From a virus (lineage: Duplodnaviria; Caudoviricetes), in IMG/VR virus record IMGVR_UViG_3300025133_000111, positions 1-60,423 of that record: DNA of 60,423 bases. The stretch is one strand, 5' to 3'. Shown here one piece after another: positions 1 through 10,700 of the stretch. Every line of letters begins with the position of its first letter. The first letter of the stretch is position 1. Below the pieces are notes generated by a model. The model did no database searches, was not told where the DNA came from, and was given only the letters and a program-made list of their open reading frames with translations. The position numbers and the translations under genes are program-made.

Positions 1-1
1 A

Positions 2-106
2 ATGCGGATCTATTGCTTTCTTAATAAGTTTATCCAGAGCATTAGCCTCAGCTGCAAAACCCTTTCTATCAAGAATGTCAGCTAGTGTAATAAGTTCTTT
101 AATCAT
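2..106 (-). CDS. 5' part of a gene running off the left edge (MIKELITLADILDRKGFAAEANALDKLIKKAIDPH...), not in the ORF track
   Basis: Hand translation: ATG at 106-104, AGAGGA RBS-like sequence at 120-115, open frame to the window edge, same orientation as the whole module. Confidence 0.8.
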   Translation of the reverse strand, partial: MIKELITLADILDRKGFAAEANALDKLIKKAIDPH

Positions 107-142
107 GATTCAGATCCTCTGGTTAATATTCCCCTGTCACTT

Positions 143-3100
143 TCACGGCAGAAATAGACTGCAAGGAAAAGGACCTTGGACATAGGTGCCAACTGCTGCC
201 CCGTTTGTGCCATTTGCCCCACCTGTTGCTCCAGCGATAAAGTAGCATAGATCCTCTTCGTCAAAGCTGCTGGTATCCTGACACACCCCAATTCCGATCC
301 TAGCGAGATCCTTAATTCCAATCTTTACATCAGCATTCTTAAATCCAGATTTCTTTAGATGTATGCCAAAGCCCAAAGTTGTTCTGCTTGCCTCATTTAA
401 AGCGTCATATAGAATGTTTTTTGTCTTTAGAGTTACAATTCCAGTCATCGCATCTACACTTGCGCCAATTTGGAATATAACTCCAGTTGTGACATCCTCA
501 TAGGATATAAGAAGGGTAAGCTCGTCCGTTATGGATAGTGCCGATGTTGCAGAAGAGCTTGGCTCTATTATAATTGCCTTATAATATCCAGGTATATGTC
601 CCGTTCTGCTCAAGAAATAGATTGCCATTGGAGTTACATCTACAGAGATCGTGTCTCCAGCTGACAACGTGCCAGGAACGAAAGACGAGCGGACAGAAAC
701 TTCTGGTTCAACTGGATAGTCAATAATTGAGCCCAAGTTATCCGCATTTAATATATTATATGGAATAACATTAAAGGAATCTGTAGTGCTAACTGCGCTA
801 GCAAGCTTCATACTTAAAGTTGCAGAAACAATATTTGTCTTTTGAGTCAACTGAGTCGGGAATGTTGCGGTAACTCGATTTATCAAAGAAGTTACATCTC
901 TCGAAATTGCAATAGGACTTTTTGCTTCATCTGAAGTAAGAGAGTGACGAATTGTTAGATCATGAACCTTTGCAGCAAAGATTACTCCAACATTGGGGAA
1001 ATTTCCCTGGCCCATTGCAAATGCCATCTCACTCACATCACCACCACCGGGCTGGAACGGAAGATTAGATCCAATCTTAATATACTGTCCAGATATATTC
1101 TGAGACAGGTCTATTAAGGTTTCATCAAAATACATAGCAAAAACGGCTTCGTCAGTTCTTCTTAATCTAAACTTTAGTTCATCGCCTAAATCATCAGGTG
1201 CCGGAATTGATTCGTAAAAATCACTTATGACTGTGCTTGTTGCAGTATCTTCTATTTCTCCGCTATAATAAAGCTCTAAGTCGGAGCCGGGGTCCTGGGC
1301 CCACCCGACCTGAAGAGTTGTTTTTGTTCCATCTGTATTTGTAATTGCAAGCTGACAGAAGAACCCAACCTCTCCAGTCGTCAGACCTGCACCGCCCCAG
1401 ATTGATCTGGACATTGTAAAATCTATAACAAAGTCACCAGAAATCGGATCGAGTGCCACAGGATATTCAATTCCGCCAATTCTTTCATCTGCAGATATCG
1501 TTTCCAAGATAAAGGTTGCAGGAGAATTTAGAGCCGCTGGTGTACTTATTGTGAAATAAGTACCGCCCGAAGGATCCTGTTTGGGCCATTCTGAAAAACC
1601 ATTGGCGTTAGGATACGTGTAGTCAATAAAAGACTCTGAGATTAGCTCCTCGGCCTCATTGGTTTCGGTTTCATCAGCATATCCATCTACAGCATATCCA
1701 TCTACCAAGGCATCAACGTAAAGACTAGCGATACACTGAGAGATCTTAACCCGATTCTTTGTCAAATCTGTATTTCCGCCAGAATCTTCGCAACCAACGT
1801 AAGTACCGTCGGAGTAAATCATAGCAGGGTAACCAGAGGCTGTCTTGCAAGTCCCGTCCTTAGACTTTATAAAGTTATTATATAGATCGATCTGGCAATC
1901 GTCAATAGTTCCCGGCGGCAACGGAATCAATACATTGGCAAATTCTATATCTCCATGATATGGAACTCCAGGCTCTTTATAAATTTCTCCATTAGGAATA
2001 AATAGGTCATCTGGGATTACCTTCTGAGTCTTGTACTGAGGAGTACATGCTGGAGTTTGCTGACACACGTCTGAAGCACACATACAAGTTATTTCCTCTT
2101 TCTCAATAAAACTTGTTTCGACAAATCTTCTGAGATCACATACGTCAACAAACGCTGACTCATAAGGACTACCAATATAGTTTATTTCCCAATTTTGAGA
2201 AACATAGGGTATGCTTAGTAGATTGAGATTGTCTGCAAACAAGTTTACTCTAGTTCCGCTGACGATTTCTACGTCAAATCCAGTAGATCCAGCGAATACA
2301 ACATCGCTGCCATCAGATTCCACTACAGAAACTGAAACGTCAGTTCCGGTACTACCAACTGTCTTCCCAGCGATCGTATACGTCTTGCTGTCAGGAAATC
2401 CAGAAGAAATACTTATAGTATCTCCAACTCGTATGGCTAGAGCTTCCTCTTCTGTATCTGTTTCAAAACTTATATCATCAGAAGAGCTAACGGTAACCCC
2501 AAGACCAGATTTGGTTGCTGAATTCGCAGAATCAAATAAAGTTGGAAAGTCATCCTCTTCTAGAATGTTTTCTAGCTTCAAAGTTAGAACATTAAAAGAT
2601 ACATCAGCTGTAAAGTTTACATATCCGTCGATTGCATCTTCGATGATTTCGATATCTGATCCATCGATTGTGCCATCCTCATTGAGATCTGCCTTAATAA
2701 AGTCTAGAACATCAAGCTCTCCACCTTGAATCTTTCTCTGAGTAGTCTCTGTGATTAGAGTGTTTCCCACAATGTTGACAAGGCTTAATAGGTCAGAATT
2801 TGTGATTTCTCCATCGTCATCGAAGTCTCCAGAATATACCTTAGAACAACTTGCGGCTATAATTCTATATCTAGCATTACACTGACAGTCTATATCTGGC
2901 GTAAAAACTCTATTAATCAAATTAGCCGTCAAAAGCTCTGTGCTTGGGGCTATAAAAACTACCCCATCAGGCTCTAAGAGGCCAGCTTTGTCAAAGGTTC
3001 CCTCTATAGTCTGGGCGTCTCTGACGTTGTTATCTGTAATTCTAGCCAGAAGAATTGGAGGATTATCTGGATCTACTTCTGCCAAAGATCCTAGCAGATC

Positions 3101-4735
3101 AGAATTCATCATCGTCGCAGTTGGTGCGTCTTCAATTTTTGAATGAACAAAATTTCCAGTTCTAGGATGAACATTTGGATCGACAAAGTTGTCCTTTCGG
3201 TCTAAAGAAAGATAATTAAAAGTACCTTCAGCAACGGTCTTCAGTGGTATGTCTCTCAAGAAGAACGGTATCTTTGTTGCTCCAACATAATCTACAGTCT
3301 TCGCTAGAGAAATTGGAAAGCCGTCAGAAGAATAGGCGAGGCCATCTGTTATCTCTACAGTATCAGAGTGAACGATGAACCACAGAGAAGCGCTAGAATC
3401 ATTTACAAAAATGAGATTATTCGCATCGAATTCGATAAACTGCTGAGTTTGTCTTCCAAAATTTTCTTCTGGATTAAGAGTTTGCCCATTTCTTCTTTTC
3501 TGAGAAGGCTTATAGAAGCCTTTTGATAAAGCAATTGTTCCCTGAGTATTATTTCCACGTCTGCTAATTAAAACTGCGTAATATTTATCAATTTCGATTA
3601 AAGGCGCCAGATTGGGGTCAGCGACAAGAGTTGTTGACAAATCAATGCTGACAATCTGTGGAGTTCCAGAAAGTTTAACCCCAAGGTTTAACAAGTCGTC
3701 TTGAGAATACGATACCTCAACAACTGGGGCTGGATTTGGGTCAAACTCTAGCCAATTGGATGGATTGGGATCCGAAATACAATCAGTATCAGTCTGAAGT
3801 TCATGTAGAGAAACTACAATATCACCCGAAAAATCATGCTCTTCTCCGAGCGCCGCCGAAAGATCAGTAACTACGTGAAATAGTAAGTCAATTTTCTGAA
3901 TATTATCAGATTTAGATAAAAACTTCTGCCCATACGATACAATCTGACTTGAGTTTTTCTCAAAAGTCAAAACCTCGGAAGGATCTAATTCATAATAAAG
4001 ATCATTAAAGTTGTTTGAAGGTCCTATTCCAGCTGTGATTTCAGCCTCTAAGGTTAAGCTGGGATTTGAAGTAATAAAGCTACCCAATGCAATATTCGGA
4101 GACTCTACTTCGAAAGCTGACTTTGTTCTTGCAAAAGCCTTTAGAGGCTCAGACTCTCGGAAGATTATATGTCCACCTGTTCCGAGAGTATTGATGCTTT
4201 CTTTGCTTGCTTCATAATGAGTTGCTCCGATTCCTCCGGAGAAATTATTAAAAAATACACACAATACTTTTTTATAATAAAACTCAGTAAGCTTTGTCGT
4301 GTTCTTTTCGAATTCTACAACTTCTGCTATTAACTCACCAGAGCTGTTAACAGCCGAAAACGTCCTTCCTACAATTAGAACTTTTGCCTTGATTCTTCCA
4401 CCAACAGTCAGGCCCAAAGCCTCTATCTCAAGTCTGTTACCAAATTCAGAGTCTGTTGGCTGTAGATCTAAAGAAATAGATCTTCCATCATATCTTCCAG
4501 AATCTATAACCAATTCTGATAAGTTAATCCCAAGACCACCTGGGTCTGCTGTATCAAATAGGATTTTGCTCTCAAAAAGCCTATCCCTAACAATTCCGTT
4601 TCCATGGAAGTCTAATGTTGAATTTGAGATTAAACCTCTATTGTGGATCTGTTCTGAGTCTAAATCAGATTCAGTAACCCTTTGTCCGTCAAAAAAATTA
4701 ACTCTTGGCAGAACCGTTCTATTAGCTCTTGACAT
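143..4735 (-). CDS. Large baseplate-periphery / fibre-attachment protein with a dockerin-like Ca-binding pair
   Basis: 1530 aa from ATG 4735 (AGGAGA 5 nt upstream; the track starts at TTG 4738). N-terminal RVNFFDGQRVTESDLDSEQ resembles the RxNxFxGQxLxxxDLxxEQ start of contractile-tail peripheral proteins. Internal GDFDDDGEITNSD...ADLNEDGTIDGSD. Lies directly downstream of the wedge genes. Confidence 0.6.
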   Translation of the reverse strand: MSRANRTVLPRVNFFDGQRVTESDLDSEQIHNRGLISNSTLDFHGNGIVRDRLFESKILFDTADPGGLGINLSELVIDSGRYDGRSISLDLQPTDSEFGNRLEIEALGLTVGGRIKAKVLIVGRTFSAVNSSGELIAEVVEFEKNTTKLTEFYYKKVLCVFFNNFSGGIGATHYEASKESINTLGTGGHIIFRESEPLKAFARTKSAFEVESPNIALGSFITSNPSLTLEAEITAGIGPSNNFNDLYYELDPSEVLTFEKNSSQIVSYGQKFLSKSDNIQKIDLLFHVVTDLSAALGEEHDFSGDIVVSLHELQTDTDCISDPNPSNWLEFDPNPAPVVEVSYSQDDLLNLGVKLSGTPQIVSIDLSTTLVADPNLAPLIEIDKYYAVLISRRGNNTQGTIALSKGFYKPSQKRRNGQTLNPEENFGRQTQQFIEFDANNLIFVNDSSASLWFIVHSDTVEITDGLAYSSDGFPISLAKTVDYVGATKIPFFLRDIPLKTVAEGTFNYLSLDRKDNFVDPNVHPRTGNFVHSKIEDAPTATMMNSDLLGSLAEVDPDNPPILLARITDNNVRDAQTIEGTFDKAGLLEPDGVVFIAPSTELLTANLINRVFTPDIDCQCNARYRIIAASCSKVYSGDFDDDGEITNSDLLSLVNIVGNTLITETTQRKIQGGELDVLDFIKADLNEDGTIDGSDIEIIEDAIDGYVNFTADVSFNVLTLKLENILEEDDFPTLFDSANSATKSGLGVTVSSSDDISFETDTEEEALAIRVGDTISISSGFPDSKTYTIAGKTVGSTGTDVSVSVVESDGSDVVFAGSTGFDVEIVSGTRVNLFADNLNLLSIPYVSQNWEINYIGSPYESAFVDVCDLRRFVETSFIEKEEITCMCASDVCQQTPACTPQYKTQKVIPDDLFIPNGEIYKEPGVPYHGDIEFANVLIPLPPGTIDDCQIDLYNNFIKSKDGTCKTASGYPAMIYSDGTYVGCEDSGGNTDLTKNRVKISQCIASLYVDALVDGYAVDGYADETETNEAEELISESFIDYTYPNANGFSEWPKQDPSGGTYFTISTPAALNSPATFILETISADERIGGIEYPVALDPISGDFVIDFTMSRSIWGGAGLTTGEVGFFCQLAITNTDGTKTTLQVGWAQDPGSDLELYYSGEIEDTATSTVISDFYESIPAPDDLGDELKFRLRRTDEAVFAMYFDETLIDLSQNISGQYIKIGSNLPFQPGGGDVSEMAFAMGQGNFPNVGVIFAAKVHDLTIRHSLTSDEAKSPIAISRDVTSLINRVTATFPTQLTQKTNIVSATLSMKLASAVSTTDSFNVIPYNILNADNLGSIIDYPVEPEVSVRSSFVPGTLSAGDTISVDVTPMAIYFLSRTGHIPGYYKAIIIEPSSSATSALSITDELTLLISYEDVTTGVIFQIGASVDAMTGIVTLKTKNILYDALNEASRTTLGFGIHLKKSGFKNADVKIGIKDLARIGIGVCQDTSSFDEEDLCYFIAGATGGANGTNGAAVGTYVQGPFPCSLFLP
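1676..1705. repeat. Exact 15-bp tandem duplication (agcatatccatctac x2) encoding VDGYA-VDGYA
   Basis: Read directly: 1676-1690 equals 1691-1705. Confidence 0.95.
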
Positions 4736-4774
4736 CAAATTCTCCTAGAAAGCGTGCTTCGATAGATTCCCCAT

Positions 4775-4783
4775 TATTAATAG
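4775..4783 (-). promoter_or_regulatory. Candidate late promoter element CTATTAATA
   Basis: Intergenic, about 40 nt upstream of the start at 4735; the same CTAYTAATA motif recurs in three other intergenic gaps. Confidence 0.55.
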
Positions 4784-4789
4784 AGCTTA

Positions 4790-7700
4790 TTAACATGATT
4801 CTCTTGGAAATTTAACCAAGGCATTCGTATGTGAAGGCTTTAGGGTGTTTACCAGCTCAGTTATAAGGTCTTCTACTTCATCTTCACTGATTTTACCAAA
4901 ATCATCAATTACGTCAATGTCAAAATTAAATATTCCATTTTCAGGATCAATTATTGCTGCGTACCTCTCCTCAACGTCTTCTTGATTGAAATCAAGTAGT
5001 AGAGTTGTTGTGCTATCCTCTACAACAGGAAAGATTGTTTCTAAGTTTGAAGAATAATTTAAGTCAACCTTGTTTCCACTCGGATCATTGACCTCTTCTC
5101 TTATTTCTCTACTAAACCTAATATTATCCATTCTTGCCAATGCGCCATCTCTAGTATTTGATTCTCCGCCTATCAATATTAGTCTAAAATCATCTACCAA
5201 TCGTATTCTTTTGTTTTCAATAGGATCTGGGCTACTGGGACCTCCACCGGGGCCTCCACCACCGCCTCCTGAGCCTCCGGAAGAGCCATATTCTAATCCG
5301 TTTTTCCCATAAACGAATCCAGCTTGGTCTTTCCCGTCAATAAAAATCCTCATCATATCACTAGAGGTTCCTGTCTTATAATCGCAGCGGATTCTATGCC
5401 AGGAATTTCTACGCCAATCTATAGACCCAGATACTCGATGCTCTTCTGTCGCAGTTCTTATTGAGAAGACAATCTCAGGCCCATCTTCGCCAGAATCCTT
5501 ATAGATAGAGATAAAATCTCCCTGCGAATCTACAGGAATATATGTTACGATAACCTCTGTTTCTGATCCTGGCAGTGCATCTTTCAGAGTTACAAATCTT
5601 CCGTCAGGGCTTAACTCTGATCCAAGTGAGAAGTCCTTTTTAACGCCAGTTCCTCCGGTTAGCCTTCCTGTTATTTCACTTCTATAGATTTCATCAAACA
5701 AAATTTCATCAACTTCTGACTGAGGGTAGAAGGAAGAAAATTCTTTTGTATTTTCAAGTAATTTGATGCTAATTATTTTTCCAGCAGAAGTAGGCAGACG
5801 AAGCCTTGTCGGAGTAAATGAGCGTACTCTCTTTCTGTTGATCGATGCTATACTTATGTAAATCCTTTCCGCTGAATCATTTGCCGTCATAAGCAATGGT
5901 GATACCCAAAATTCAATACTACCCTTATCTTTTCTGAAGTAAGATAGGTTGTTTTGAATCACCATAGGCTTCGTGTCAAAAAATCTTGCAGACTGGCCAA
6001 AAGATTCGTTGACACTACCAAAGCTTACAAGCATATCATCTGACCTCATTAGTTTTGCCTCATTAAATACGGGGCCTCCTTGAGCCTTATGGCACTCAAA
6101 GAACGTCCTAGTTGCTTGATCTTTTGAGAAGCCCATTCTCATCATCTTTGACTCAAATGACTCCTGATCATTTATTGAGGTTAGCAAAGCTTCTCTATCG
6201 GCAAGATCTAGTTTGAATTTATAATTATTATCGGTATTCAAAAACACTTTCTGTCTAAGCCTTCTTGACTGCAATTTAATTGGATCATCAAAATGAACAA
6301 GCATAGTTGTTTGGTTGTCTGAGCAATTTGGATTTGGATTCAAATACTCCCTAGTAACACTTCTCGTTCCCGAGGTTACATTCTCTGTGGGTCTAGTATC
6401 ACTAGACATTTCTGTTACAATCTTATATTCATCAATGATTCCATTAAATTGATTCTTGCCATTCAAATCAGATCCTAAGAAGATCTTATGTCCAACCTGT
6501 GGAAGTCTTATATTTAAGAATGCAGGAAACTCTACCCTATAACTTCCGGGTGGTATTTCGAAGGGATCACGCGTTTCGCCTGTTCTCAATACAAGAGATC
6601 CATTCACGTAGGTAGTTACCTTCGCATACTCTCCCTGGTTATTTGATACAGTCACTGAGTCTTTCTCTAAAACCTCTAAAACACATGATTCGTATGAAGG
6701 ATCTGCAATAATTAATTCTCCTCGGATTAACCTTACAGAGGTGAAGAATTTGCTTCCCTCAAAAGTGCCATTCCCAGTGATAAAGAATTCTTCAAAGTCA
6801 GAACCATCAATTGTTTCTCCAAAAATAGTTATCTTACTATCTGTAGATCCTGCGTATCCATCTTCTGCTTCTTCGCAGAATCTTATATTATCTGAGTCTA
6901 CGAATATAGATAGCTGCCTACCCTGGTTCGATTTTGGCAATCGTCCTGGCTCAGAAGTTAACTTATAAGTTCCAACTGGATCCTGCAAAGAAGTTTCAAA
7001 AGATCCGTAGAAGAAATTACCAGAAGGTTGAATTGCGCTGAATTCTGGAATATATTTCGTTTTAATAATCTTCTGAATTGACACATCAGAAAGAGAGACC
7101 GGCTCAACAGTATGTGAAGATAGCAGACTGCCAGCACTAGGAGGTCTGCGGGAGGAGTAGGATGAGGCAGGCAGACTTATATCAACCTTAATTTTCTTGA
7201 AAAGTAATCCGAATGTTTTTATATGAACATCTAAATCTGAGAAGTCTATGGTGGCAACATTATTACAATAACTATCCTTTCCGACAAATTCAATAAGTCT
7301 TGAGGTCATATTTGCTCTAAAGCTCGGGTTGATTGCCACTCCTTTATTCTCTATAACGATTGAACCACTTTTTATGCTATATTCTACTCCGCCAAGCTCT
7401 GTTGTGATATTCTCGCAATCTGTTTTAAAGATAGCGTAAGTTCCGTTATTAATATCAGTAACAATAGACTCTTCTATTCCAGCTGTAGGTGCCAAAGAGA
7501 AGGTTATATCAGAGGCTGAAGTATTAAATATAACTGGATCCAAAGTTTGTGAATTAAGGATAGTTGCTCCAGAGCCAACCATCTCTCCAATTAAGAATTC
7601 TCCTCCGACATATGCTTCTGCTATAGCAGAAGACTTGAATATTAAAGATCTACCGAGCAAATGGGGGCCCAAACCAAGACTACTTGAGAAGAAAGTCGAG

Positions 7701-10700
7701 GAATTAGCCAATATGGTCCCATCTATATGATCATCATAGTACGTGATCTTATCCTCTACAAAGCCCTGTAAGATTTCTTTACTAACATCTGAGAACTTAT
7801 CGTTAACCCTAGCCCTGACTGCACCGCCGAAGCGATATAGGCTTGGAGCTTCCAATCCATCAACAAACAGGTGCATTTCATCTTTTTCATAGATGGTATT
7901 AAGCCTCCAACTTGCTGCGATATGATGAAGCTCATTTGCTTTAAAATATTTAATGTTTGTAGCGATGTTATACATCCTTACTTCATTGATCTTGTCAGCA
8001 GAGTTGTCAAAAATACGGAAATTCAAGAATCCTTTTCCATCCTTAAAAATAGAGATTCTGTTTAAAGATTCACTCTCGCCAGTATCAAACAAATATCTTA
8101 GCTTATCTGACGTGAAGGTAATTTCATCAACATCGTAAATTACGCTAGAAGCGTATCCATCATAGCCGTCATAGCCATCAGAATATCCGTCTGAATACCC
8201 ATCGGCCTCGGTTTGTGTTGTGTTAAAAGAGAACTCTATTTTTGAATCAGTAGATATGAAGACATCATCACTTTCAAGGAGGCCAAGGCCCTCTTCTCTT
8301 CGTCCTTCATACTCGATTAGAGATATATCAACAATATTGCCAGAAAAGGCCTGATGAAAAGAGGGAGAGTGAACTACAGAGCCATCAAGCAAGTGGACCG
8401 CAATAAAAGGCTCACTGAGTAAATCACAGGGGTTTACTGATGCGTCTTCAAAGTCGCTTGCCGATATTATGCTTAAAACTTCAGACTCAGTCTCTATAGA
8501 GATTATGTCATTTTCATTTTTTATAATTAGTTCCTTATACTCTCCGTCACGCCAGTTTAAGAATGATATATCTAGAATGTCTCCCGAATGTCCATCCAAG
8601 ACCAGAAGGACAGGCTGAGAAGCGTCAGAAATACCTAATAATAATTTAATATTGATTTTACTATCAAAGATATGAAGCGGAGAAATGCCAGTTAAGTTTC
8701 CAGAGACAGATCCTATAAATCTGCCCAAAAGAGAACCTTCTATTCTGGGATCTGTTTCTAAAACTCGGAAGTTAACTGTAGCTGACCAATCTCCGTCAGA
8801 GCATGGGATTCTTCCAAATAAGGTGTTTCTATTTGTAGGTCCCAGATCTCCACTGCCCGGAACGGAATCAGAAGTTGACGGTCCGATACGATAAACACCT
8901 CCATCTGCCGAGGTGTTAAACGCTCCAGACTTTGACCAAAAGGCAACATCATTCTCTGATCCACCTAGCAAAAGATTTATAACATTAGAGCTGGTTTCGT
9001 TTATTTTCTTCCAGCCACTCTCTTCGAGCAATCCATCTCCACAATATCGATAATTTGCAGAGCAAATTAAACCTTCAGCACACGAGTCATCGTCCTCTTG
9101 CCGATAAGCTCTCATTACTGATGAGAACTCGCCATCTGTTAATATTCTTCCGGTAAATGTGTGCTCAAGCAGAATATCTTCTCTTCCGAAGGTATAGTCG
9201 GAGCCATCAATAATGACCGACGTTGGTAGATTTACAGTTTCAGCGGCACGAGTTCTAAAGATCCACTGACCTGAGTCATCAGATACTGTAGACTGGCATA
9301 GATCATCAAAGCCTATGAAAATTCCCTCTGATGATTCATAATTAAAAGGAATTCCAACAGAGGTGTCTGGGGAATCATATCTGCTCACTGTGAATGGAAT
9401 ATCCCTGGGGTTTCTTCCAAATTTTCCGATGTATATATCATTCAAATCAAATCTGTTGTAGATTTTGTAATCTAAATCATTAATATTTATAACAGAATAA
9501 CAAGCCTTATCCAATGTTCCTATTGCAATTTTATCTTTAATACTATCAGGGCTTATCGCTGAAGGGATGCCCGGATTAAACATGTCAAATCTTGAAAGGA
9601 TATAATCCTCATCTGCCGTATTAATCAAGTCAGTATAAAATAGGTTTATAGTCTTTTTCCCACTGAAAGTTTCTGACTCCAGATCTATTTTTACAACGTT
9701 TCTAGCGGGATCTCTAACTATATCAATATCTAGATATTCTGTGCTCCAATCTACAACAAATCCCTGTTCCTTATATCCGAGGACTCTTGCCGAATCAGTA
9801 TTTTCTTCAGTCAGTATTGATACGACCTGATAGCTCAGAGTTAAGTCTCCAACCGGATTATAGTCGTTAAAGAACTCAGAACCCTTGGCCGTAATCTCTT
9901 CATGATTTTGAGGAATCTTATTTAGTAAGAATCCAGTTATAATATCTGGAATTGAGTCATAAACATCAGTTCCGCTTATATCAAGAAATCCATAAACCTG
10001 ATATATGGACCCAATAGAGTCAGCTACTTTAAAGGCGGAAGGGTTATCAGTGTAAACGACATTAAAATCTCGAATATGAGCAATGCTTATTGGGCCACTG
10101 AACTCAGCCTTAATTGTCTGAGTATCTTTGTCTCTAAACTTAGAAAGAGTAGAGACAGTATCTGTTATAGTGCATTTACAACTGGGAGTTGGGTGCAGTC
10201 TGTCATATTTTGGGAAATCATTAGTGGAAAGCTTATTGGAAGCAATATTAATGACAAGAGGACTTCCGCTTGAGGCGTCAGTAACAACTCTCATCGCAAG
10301 TTGCAAAAATAAAAGCTTGTTGTTATCGCCAATAGATATAAACCCAGGACTAGTATATCCTATTGTTTCATTGGAAGGTGTGGATCCAATGAGGTATCCC
10401 GGAATATTAACGAGAGACTCATATAGTCCAACAACTCCGTTGACCAAAGCTGGCGGAGACATTAAGCCTCCCCTAAGTGTTCTTGGAATGCTAAAGTTAT
10501 CTATTTTAATAGATATATTCAAGTCCATATTCGTGGCTCTGGTTAAAGCATCTTCCTCCTTAACTAAAGCTTTTGCTCCCGTCACAAGAAGCTCCTCATC
10601 TTCATCATTTTCAACTTCAATTAGCGCAATAACTCCGTTATGAAGAGTGATGCTAGGAATAGAACAATCAACCCCTCCAATTGAGCCACCATTTGGGATC

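Noticed and set aside
103-321. Short alternative-frame minus-strand ORFs nested in large genes (103-321, 8758-8964, 11082-11273, 30459-30656, 54206-54409 and similar)
   Set aside because: No RBS or motif support; expected by chance. 54206-54409 was considered as an embedded Rz1-like gene but lacks a signal peptide and lipobox.
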